From assembly GCF_006345805.1 (NCBI RefSeq), contig NC_042997.1, positions 92,876,001-92,940,000 of the forward strand: DNA of 64,000 bases, read 5' to 3'. A program made the position numbers and the translations under genes. The notes under the pieces are model-generated. The model made no database searches. It saw only the letters and a list, made by a program, of their open reading frames with translations, and was not told the DNA's origin. Of the stretch, positions 54,560 through 64,000 are shown piece by piece. The DNA comes from Octopus sinensis. Taxonomy: Eukaryota. Within the stretch, counting starts at the first letter, position 1; each line of letters begins with the position of its first letter.

Positions 54560-55020
54560 GATTGTTGTTGCTATTGTTTAGGTTCAAGCCAATCTTGATC
54601 GAGACGAGTTAAGATCAAAAGCATTCTTGCCATGACCATTCTGTTTTTGTATATCACGGTCCTGTCTAGTGTATCCTTCCCTTTTTAAATACGAAATGGC
54701 ATAAGGGAGATTTGGTTACTCTGTCTTATAGGTAAAGATTTTCTGTGTTAGAAGAGAATAGATTCGAACACTAATTGTCTCATCTTCCACCGACCTTTAA
54801 TAAAAATCATTCAAACTAATGAGGGAGTCCCTCTGAGGTGGCTTGACCTGCTAGAAATAGCGGCCAAATCTTCCTCATATTATATACTAACGTCTTAAAT
54901 AAGGAAATAACACGTGAAAATATATCCCTATATATCTTTAAGAAGATAGGATCACAGCGGCTTGAGTGCCTTTGATCATATGTCTATTTGATTAGGCTTA
55001 TCTTGGGCTAAACAACAACA
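54560..55020. mobile_element. Two oppositely oriented copies of an old SINE-like repeat with (AAC)n tail
   Basis: ctagaaatagcggccaaatc...tgcctttgatcat...ggctaaacaacaac at 54835-55020 and a reverse copy at 54562-54735; related copies near 50290-50470 and 61120-61310. Confidence 0.55.
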
Positions 55021-55299
55021 GCAGCTGCAGCATCAGCAACATCAGCAGCAACAAGAACAAGAACAACAACAACAATACCAGCGAATACCATTATCCGTTG
55101 AAACCTAATCACGAAAATTCTTTCTCTTATCTCTTTATTAAATCAAGATGTGGTAGATAGCTTATCTTCAGTACTAAAATGTTCACGTATGAAATTTAGT
55201 TTTGAGCCATCACTCCAGTGTTTGACATTGCGCCAAAATTTCATTCGATGGTATTTTTCCCGAACACGTACACCATTAAGCACAGTCCTTGGTACAGTC

Positions 55300-55430
55300 G
55301 TGACCAATCAGTGCTTTTCGTTCAGAGGTGTCTGCGCGTCACTCCCGCCCCAGTCCTCTCACTTTATAAGATGTCTGGTTTTTCATCGAGTTGCAGAAAG
55401 CCGTCACAGTTCTCCCCGCCTCGGGTCAGT
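55300..55430 (+). promoter_or_regulatory. Candidate Pol II core promoter (CCAAT, GC box, TATA-like)
   Basis: gaCCAATcag 55304-55308, gcgtcac, CCCGCCCC 55344-55351, TATAAGA 55365-55371, in canonical order within a CpG-rich patch. Confidence 0.4.
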
Positions 55431-56289
55431 TGGCCTAGCGAGAAAGATAATTCTCACACAGTCGCTCGCTTATTTCTCATTCACTCACACACTCACTCAC
55501 TCACACACTCACTCGCTCGCTCACTCATTCACTCACTCACTCACTCACTCACTCACTCACTCACTCACTCACTCATTCATTCATTCTTTTATTCTTTTCT
55601 GGTATTCTCTCACAACACAGAGGGAGAGGGGGGCATAGCTTTTCTATTTCGTATCGCACTGCGTACATAATGTTTCTTACACAGTATGAGAAACGTTCTC
55701 TCAACACACACATAATGTTCCACACAAAATAAAGTTCAATTAATTCGGTATGCAACAGGCGGGCAAACCTGATTTCCGGCATTCTTTTTCCTTCTTATTT
55801 CATTTTTTTGCGCTCCACATTTTTTTCTAAACGTTAATACTGACTAGGCGTCACCCCGTAACTGTTTAGATCCATGTTGATAAGAATAGCAGCCAACGCC
55901 CAAGTCTTTGTTTTTTCTTTTTTTATATCTCCCTTTATCTACATTTACATTGTCCACCTATTAATGAAAATATCTTCAAAAGGTATTAAGAGTAACTAAT
56001 TTGAAAATGGTGTGAAAGCAGTTAATTCTCACATCACACTCGGAAATTGAGATAAAGCAGTATTTGAAATGCATTGAACTAGGAGTGTTATTATGCATGA
56101 ATATACGAGGTACGTTCACATATATAGCATAGATTTTTCAATAAAATTTATTACATGATCCAACAAAAGGACAGGCTAATGTAATATATGGTTGATTCAG
56201 AGACAACATAGGTTCAGGCGTGGCTCTGTGGTAAGAAGCTTACTTCCCTTCCACATGATTCCGGGTTCAGTCCCACGGCGTGTCACCTT

Positions 56290-58197
56290 ACTATCGACAC
56301 GTGCCGACCAGACTATGGGAAAATGTTATTAACAATAAAGGAGACGGAAACTGCAATGAGAATGGATTGCTGCTCCTTGGGCTGTGCGCTGAACACTCTC
56401 TACGTAACCAACACCCAATTTCGACTCCCAATTCGCTTCAAAGCCGCCTGGAAGCACCCCAAGTCGAAATACTGGCACCTCCTAAACTACTCCATCATCC
56501 GGCAACGAGACGAAAGAAACGTCATCATCACGCGAACGACAAACTGTGCTGACGATTGCCGGACAGACTATCCTCTCTAGTCATCATCCGCCATCGAATA
56601 ATTGTTAACAACACACCAAAGACTGGATAAACAAAACCAGTCAGGAGAAAATTTGACAAATCGAAGTTTAACAACCCAGAGATCAGCTCCCTTTATGCAT
56701 CTTCCACTCTCAAAAATCTTCAATCCATCCTATCTGACAACCAGGATATGGATAAGGAATGGAACACACTTCGAAAAACCATCACTGCAGTGGCTGAAAA
56801 CACCCTCGGGTACAGCAAGAGGGGACATCAGGACTGGTTTGATGACAATGATCAAGAAAGCACCCAGCTTGTCGATGCAAAACGGCAAACCCGCCTCTCT
56901 CATGAGCAAGATCCAAGATCGCGACACAAGGTGAGATATCAAGACCTCAAAAGACAATGCTAAACAAAATTGAGAGAGATTCAGAGCAACTGGTGGCAAC
57001 AAAAACCGTTGAACTCCAACGCCCGTGACCTCGAACGCTTCTACGCAGGAAAGAAGGAATTTTTATGACCTGTGAGATCATCAACAGGGTCTCTTCAATA
57101 AGTAGACTCCAACACCATCCTGACTGACCCACAAGATATCCTTCAACGCTGGACAGTGCACTTCTCAAGTCTTCTGAAACAAGACTTCAGCGCGGCGGAG
57201 GACTTCTTGAAGAACGTACACATCCAGAGGGACAACTGATATGATCTTTTGTGCTCGACAAATACAAGAAAAGATAGAGAACAACAAAAACCTCTCTATT
57301 TTGTTTTCTATGACCTCGAAAAGGCCTTTGATACCGTCCCAAGGCTTGCAATGTGGAAGGTCCTCCGACGCTTCAGCTACCTAGTACAGGGATTACATGA
57401 CGGTATGACTGGAACCATCTTCCATTAAAACCAACTGTCTGAAGACTTCCCCATCCCTGGAGGATTAAAACAAGGATGCGTTTTGGCCTATACGCTCTTC
57501 TCCCTGTACCTTGCAGCAATGTTTCATGAACTGCCTTCAGATAATCCAGGAGTCAACATTAGGTACCGATGTGACGGGAATGTTTCAACCCTGCCAGACT
57601 GAAGTCACCAGGAAGCAAAAGATAACAGAACTTCAGTATGCTGATGACAACGCAGCGGTCTGTCAATCCAGTGAACAGCTTCAATAATTGGTGAAAAACT
57701 TCACCAATGCTTACACTCGATTTGGCCTAAGAGTCAATATCAAAAAGACAAAAATCCTGACACAACCCGTTCTAAGTCACGAAGCTCCAGACCTCAGCAT
57801 TACCATCTCGGAGATGCCACTGGAGAAAGTCGACCACTTTTCATACTTAGGAAGTTTGCTTTCGAACAAATGTATATTGGAAAAGGACGATTAAGAGTGG
57901 CTCACACCGGGTTTGGTGGAATCGCGAAAAGGGTCTTTAAAAACAAAGATCTGAACCACCAAACAACATTGAGTGTCTACCAAGCAGTCGTGATCTCCAC
58001 TCTCCTCTACGGTTGTGAAACCTGGACTCGTTACCGAAGTGGCGTCAAAAGACTAGAGCGATTTCACCAACAGAAGCTTCTCTCTATTATGAATATCAAA
58101 TGGAATGATTATGTGACCGATGTCTCCGTTTTGGAGAGAACAAAAAGCAGCAGCATCAAGCCACCATCCTGAAACATCGTCTGAGATGGGCGGGCCG
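56290..58197 (+). pseudogene. Decayed RTE/BovB-like LINE with internal deletion
   Basis: GNCNENGLLLLGLCAEH, WKHPKSKYWHLL, HQDWFDDND, DLEKAFDTVPR, GLKQGCVLA, LQYADDN, FSYLGSLLS, ISTLLYGCETWT, LRWAG. Confidence 0.92.
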
Positions 58198-58925
58198 CAA
58201 AATTTTTTCCCCACGAGAGTTCCAGACTCCAGTTATGAATTCTTTTGCATACAGCCAATCAGAACTCAACTATCAAACTAGTGACCACCTAATCACGAAA
58301 ATACTCTGGATATTCTGGTTGAGCTCAGTGGAAAATGTGCGTTATAGCAAAATCTAGCTGTTCTAAACGGGTTAATTGGGGTGACAAATGTGAAATTTAG
58401 TGTATAAAGTGAATGGAGAGCTGCTCACGCATGATGCCATAAGTGTTGCCAATTCGCATAATTACTAGAAAGTGTAAATGAGTGTAGTTTCCTAATTTTT
58501 TGACTGATTTTGTACATTCCTAATTTGAAATGTTGGTGCTGATCTGGAAACATCGTAATCAATATGGCGTTGTGTCGTATTGCGCCCTCCTTGCATATAT
58601 CAGGGAAATGCAGTATCACTAATCTCAGTCTGAGCATAGGTACCTAATGTTAGCTCCATATAGAGATGGTGCGCAATTGCTCTATAAGGATGGGGGGGGG
58701 GGGGTATGTGGTGCTTGTGTGAGACAGGTTTTTTTTTCTCAATCATAAGTTGTACTCACAGAGTGCTGTACTCACAGAATGGCACACACCATTCTATGCC
58801 TGACTGGCTGTACTGTAATAGTACACAGTCTGTGGACTTTCAAGGTAAGCTCTGATTGGGTGTATGCAAATGAGTTCACTATTGGGGTCCGGAACTCTTG
58901 TAAGAAAAAATTTACGGGCGGGCCA
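58193..58925. mobile_element. Non-autonomous DNA element with imperfect TIRs of about 75 bp, abutting the truncated LINE end
   Basis: aaattttttccccacgagagttccagactccagttatgaattcttttgcatacagccaatcagaact pairs with agctctgattgggtgtatgcaaatgagttcactattggggtccggaactcttgtaagaaaaaattt. Confidence 0.7.
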
Positions 58926-58950
58926 CGTAGCAAGCATAAAAGAAACCAGG

Positions 58951-59097
58951 CTACTGACTTCCTTTCGCCAGACAAACTGAGTTTTACAAGTGCTATTTTA
59001 TATTTTAAAGTATCTAGACTACTCAGATGTAAGCATACAAGTCTCCACAAAATACCACTTGTAAAACTCAGTTTGTCTGGCGAAAAGAAGTCAGTAG
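58951..59097. mobile_element. 147-bp hairpin MITE-like element
   Basis: 49-bp arms 58951-58999 and 59049-59097 with 2 mismatches, 49-bp spacer. Confidence 0.85.
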
Positions 59098-59540
59098 ATA
59101 TTGTGGTTGCCGAAAAATACAGCAAAATATTTGATGATATGGTTGAAAAGAAAATTATTTTTGTTTTTTGAAGATTGTGTTCCTAACGCTGGTTTATTTG
59201 GTAATCCAGCCCTATCTTGGCCACATTTTATCGGCGCTGTACTGTACTTTATTCATAGAATCCCCTCATAGACGCATACACGATGTCACACAAAATCACT
59301 GTAAACACACTGTAAAAAGGGACTTTTTTTTCATGCAGATGCAAGTCCTTCTACATTAGCGTTTAAAAATAATTTTTGTTAGTGTAATTCCTTCATAGAC
59401 ATTTGTGAGAATAAGTGAAGTCTGAAGCTATTTGAATATTTGCATATTGAAAAGTTTTTCCAATATTTTGGGGCGATAAATTTATAAATGGATTTCATAT
59501 AATTTTCTCATTTCATTATTACATGCTATTGTATAAACGG

Positions 59541-59799
59541 GTGGAGGCGCGTAACATAGTGGCTAGGGTGTCAGCATCATGATCGTAAGATTGTGGTTTC
59601 GATTCCTGGACCGGGCGACGTGTTGTGCTCTTGAGCAAAACACTTCATTTCACGTTGCTCCAGTCCACTCAGCTGGCAAAAATGAGTAACGCTGCAATGG
59701 ACTGGCGTCCCGTCCAGCTGGGGAACACATACGCCATTGAAACCGGGAAACCGGGCCCATGAGCCTGGCTAGGCTTTAAAAGGGTGCATTTGCTTTTAC
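59541..59799 (+). mobile_element. SINE family D head with V-domain-like tail
   Basis: ggaggcgcgtaacatagtggctagggtg...ttcgattcctgg; gcaatggactggcgtcccgtccagc; TSD attgtataaacgg at 59528-59540 and 59800-59812. Confidence 0.88.
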
Positions 59800-59810
59800 A
59801 TTGTATAAAC

Positions 59811-60650
59811 GGTGAGCTGGTAGAATCGTTAGCACGCCGGGTGAAATGCTTAGCGGTATTTCGTCCGTTTACACGTTTTGAGTTCAAATTCCGCCGAGGT
59901 TGACTTTGCCTTTCGTTCTCTCGGGGTCGATAAATTAAGGACCAGTGAAACACCGGGGTAGATATAATCGACTATCCCCCTCCCCTAAAATGTCAGCTTT
60001 TGTGCCTATAGTAGAAAGGATTATTACATGCTATTGTATAAACGGTGAACCAGCAGAGTCGTTAGCACGCCGGAAAAAAGCAAAGCGACATTTCGTTCGT
60101 CTTCATGTTCTGAGTTCAAATTGCGCTCTTTGGTCGACTTTGTTTTCATCCTTTCGAGGTCGATAAAAGAAGTACCAATTTGAGTACTGAGTCGATGTAA
60201 TCAACTATTCCCTCCCCCAAATTTCAGTCAATTTTTACGTCTTGAATTGAAATTCCGCTGAGGCTGTCTTTGCCTTTCGAGGTCGATAAAAGAAGTACCA
60301 GTTCTGCGCTCTAGTGGATGTAATCAACGTGACCCCCCTCCCTCGAAATTGCTGATCTTGGTGCTTGAATTTGAAGCCAATATTTTGGGGACATTATACA
60401 CGGGTTTCATATATTTTCTCCTTTCACTGTTACTTGCTATTGCAAAGTGGCGAGCTTGTAGAATCGTTAGCGCACCGGGGAAAATGCTTAGTGGTATTTC
60501 GCAAGTCTTTGCGTTCTGAATTCAAATTCCACCGAGATCGATTTGGTCTTTTATCCTTTCGAGGTCGATAAAATAAGTACCAGTTGTGCACTGGGATCGA
60601 CTTATCCCTTCCACGAACCTGCTGGTCACGTGCCAAAATTTGAAATCAGT
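59811..60650 (+). mobile_element. Cluster of SINE family B copies
   Basis: Heads at about 59811, 60044 and 60449, plus an extra body at about 60235. Confidence 0.85.
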
Positions 60651-62415
60651 ATTACTTGCTACTGTCTTTATCATGTGTTGAATTGCTCTATTACTCAATA
60701 TTTGAGTTGCATTCATTTTCGTCTGACAGTTTGCTTTAAAAGGTGTAATGTCATTCGCTGTCTAGATCCGTCGCGGTCGACTTATTTTTATTAAAAGACT
60801 AAATGAACCATCTTGAAGTTCATCGAAACCTTCATGTGTTTATGTCCCAGATGACCCGACATATTGCTAGTCAATAATATTTCTTCATTAGCTCTTCACT
60901 AGATGTTCAAATCCATTATATTCTCCAAAGGAATAGAATAAACACACAGTTGTTGATTTTCTCCATCATCGTAGATTAAATATAAACTATCGGCAAACCG
61001 AGTTAATAACTTAGATTCGATTTCAGGTGTTATCCATTCCACTTACTTTTGAGGCAAAAGCTTGATCTTCACGATCCTTATGAACTTATGTAAACAAAGG
61101 AATTAGTAAGTGATCATTCAGTTTGCTCTATATAACAGCTAAATCTCCTTCAAATCATACCGTCTTTTTTAATTCTTTTTAAATGAAGAACTTACTTCGG
61201 ATAATGATGTCCTAAATATCCTCTGTTTGAAATTTGGACGGAATAGTCACGGTTAGAGCACATTTGATTTACTCTAGGTCTGCTCGGTCATAGATGCACG
61301 AGGCTCCAAAGAAAAATGACCGATAAATAAAAGGAAGTAATGTACGCTATTTATTGCACTGACGCAGGGGTTAAATAATATCCTTTTTTTGTTTACAAAT
61401 ATATAATTAAGTTGATAGACTGATAGAAAACAAAATGGCGAAAGTGAAAAAGCGAGAGAGAATGTAGATAAATACTTACATAATAAAGTGTATTTAGTTA
61501 AAATATTCTAAAGTTAAATGCAAATGTGCTTATGATAATTATTTAAACAGATACTTAGAAATCCTCTTAAATTTAAATCACTGGGTAGAGTAAATAATGA
61601 GCTTATTCATTCAAATTTATCAAATAGTTATTTAATCCAGGATTTAATATGAATGTACGTGGCTTCTAATCAAATGTACCAGGAATTCGTTTTCATATTC
61701 TTGCAATCTGAAATACCTGGTTCAGAATGACGATTTTAATTCGAGAGGAACACGTTGGATGGAGGATTGGCAGAATCATATAAACACCGAACAAAATACC
61801 CGAGGTATTTAACTATGGTCGTTTATGTTCTGAGTTCAAATCCTGCCAAGGTCAAATTTGTCTTTATCATTCTGGTCAAGATAGAATAAAACACCAATAA
61901 GTATTGAGTTCATTTAATGTTTTTGAAATGCATCTAACGTATATATATATTCCAAAGATAATCTGAATAAATTCTGCGATTCTGCTACAATATTCTATTT
62001 TCTAAACACCAATTATTGAAGGAGAGGATTGAAAAAAGTTCCGGCTTGTTTACATGCACCTAAAAATCTATTTTCCAAATATCATTAAAGATTCCTTAAT
62101 TATTATTATTAAACAGTAGATTAGATATGTAATCTAAGAATCATTAAATATTTCGTAAATATTATTATTAAATAGAAGACTAGATATATTGGTAAATATC
62201 TGATTTAGATATGTTCTCCAAAATTCTTTAAATATTTCTTTAATATTATTATTAATTAGAAAACTAGATATATTGGTAAATATCGGATTAGGTAAATACA
62301 TTACTGTAATATAGATATTAGGATGCACTGTATTTAATTTTTAGAAATATATCATATAAATACCTACATTTATATTAAATGGTCGTTTCTAGATATACAC
62401 ACACACACACACACA

Positions 62416-62480
<65 letters not shown>

Positions 62481-62600
62481 GCAATTAAGGACAACTACTA
62501 ATAAGGAAAACTTAACAAGAAATTGTCAGGTAGATAGCGTAAAAACCTCATAAGAGAAAAAATTTCGAAAATAATTATTTCTTATTGAACATATTAATCA

Positions 62601-62646
62601 GGCCTGCTGATGATTACGTAAGTATGAAATCACTGTGATACAGGTC
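62601..62646 (+). ncRNA. Minimal type I hammerhead ribozyme fold
   Basis: ggcctg-CTGATGA-ttacgtaagtat-GAAA-tcactgtga-TA-caggtc; U-U mismatch at the base of stem II; predicted cut after 62640. Confidence 0.7.
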
Positions 62647-63077
62647 TATATTTTTAATGTCTTACTTTGAAAAATTGCATTCGGTGGGATTAGTAATATT
62701 TTTGGTAGAAATGACTGATTGTCCCTCTTAGCGTTTGGCATGTATGTATAATGCCTTCTGGCATGTATGTATAATGCCCTCTATATATAAATTAATATGT
62801 TCAATAAGAAATAATTATTTTCGAAATTTTTTCTCTTATGAGGTTTTTACGCTATCTACCTGACAATTTCTTGTTAAGTTTTCCTTATTAAGTAGTTGTC
62901 CTTAATTGCTAAATTTTTATTCCGAAAAAACTTTTCCTCTCCCGAAATGCAATTCGTAAAAGTTTGCCATTATCCGGATGTAATATATGTAAACTCACCC
63001 ATGTGCTTCGTTCATGTTGATCAGTTAGCTGATCGGCTTAAGCGGGGCAGGGTCGTTGTTTATTTATAATACATTCA

Positions 63078-63123
63078 GGCCTGCTGATGATTACGTAAGT
63101 ATGAAATCACTGTGATACAGGTC
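63078..63123 (+). ncRNA. Minimal type I hammerhead ribozyme fold (second copy)
   Basis: Identical to 62601-62646; predicted cut after 63117. Confidence 0.7.
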
Positions 63124-63287
63124 TATATTTTTAAATGTCTTACTTTGAAAAATTGCATTCGGTGGGATTAGTAATATTTTTGGTAGAAATGACTGATTGT
63201 CCCTCTTAGCGTTTGGCATGTATGTATAATGCCTTCTGGCATGTATGTATAATGCCTTCTGGCATGTATGTATAATGCCCTCTATAT

Positions 63288-63338
<51 letters not shown>

Positions 63339-63451
63339 ATACTCGTTAATTTATTATTTCAGTTAATAGAAATAAAGTATATTCTACCTTAATACATAAA
63401 ATTCTGATATAAGCATAATATTGCATTTTAAACATTTAATATATATATTAA

Positions 63452-63745
63452 ATGGCCCAGTGGTTAGGGCAGTGGACTCGCGGTCGTAGGATCGCGGTTT
63501 CGATCCCTAGACCGGGCGTTGTGAGTGTTTATTGAGCGAAAACACCTAAAGCTCCACGAGGCTCCTGCAGGGGGGGGGGTCCCTGCTGTACTCTTTCGCC
63601 ACAGCTTTCTCTCACTCTTTCTTCTGTTGGCCTGCTCGCTTAGCCAGTGGGGTGGCGTCATTTGAAGGCTTAAACAAAGCAAAGCGCATTGTGACCAGCA
63701 ATGTGTAGCAACATCTGATAGCCTGGTCGGTCACGTGACGTGATG
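63452..63745 (+). mobile_element. SINE family C head with a third type of tail
   Basis: aatggcccagtggttagggcagtggactcgcggtcgtaggatcgcggtttcgatccc...aacacctaaagctccacgagg, then gcctgctcgcttagccag...ggtcggtcacgtgacgtga. Confidence 0.88.
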
Positions 63746-63778
<33 letters not shown>

Positions 63779-64000
63779 AAGATTAATTTATTTAATTTTA
63801 TCGAGATGTATTACAAAATAGATGGAATTTATTATAAGTAAATAGTATAACCACTAACATTTATTAATTTGATTTTAAATAAACTTATATAAACTTCTTA
63901 TAGATATTTTATCGGGCTTACAAGACTATAAAATATTTCGTTTGTTTTTTTGCTTTAAGTAAGCATTGCTCAATGACGTAATACACTTAATACATATCAG

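Larger units (their letters stand above)
62480..63292 (+). mobile_element. Hammerhead-bearing non-coding repeat: partial tandem plus inverted arm, inside (TA)n
   Basis: Inverted arms 62480-62598 and 62791-62910; direct repeat 62599-62790 and 63076-63292; 23-bp minirepeat tggcatgtatgtataatgccttc present twice and three times respectively. Confidence 0.8.

Noticed and set aside
55150-55670. Overlapping 162-aa and 150-aa ORFs
   Set aside because: Non-ATG starts, kept open by the (CACT)n tract, and no protein-like features.

Overview
This is AT-rich eukaryotic DNA dense in microsatellites and transposable elements, not prokaryotic DNA. The tRNA-derived SINE families, RTE/Dong/CR1 LINEs and heavy (TA)n/(CA)n/(TATG)n load look like an octopus (coleoid cephalopod) genome; this is an inference from repeat content. 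The only plausible host gene is the 5' end of a minus-strand gene: promoter with an NRF1-type palindrome near 7.4 kb, exon 1 ending at 7031, and an exon with a hydrophobic-leader ORF at 5995-5638. Its body runs left through a CpG-depleted region. The rest is a TE landscape: many SINEs (several with clear TSDs), three R4/Dong-like LINE relics, CR1 and RTE relics, one young uninterrupted 5'-truncated RTE, piggyBac, Tigger/pogo and hAT relics, non-autonomous Helitrons, a Helentron/DINE-like element and MITEs. The most notable signal is a set of non-coding repeats next to (TA)n tracts that carry six type I hammerhead-ribozyme folds at four loci, in tandem and inverted arrangements typical of Penelope-like pLTRs or retrozymes. 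A perfect 17-bp inverted repeat links the exon 1 splice donor of the host gene to its coding exon. Most short ORFs in the supplied track are microsatellite or SINE artefacts. Coordinates were counted by eye, and the boundaries of decayed elements are approximate.
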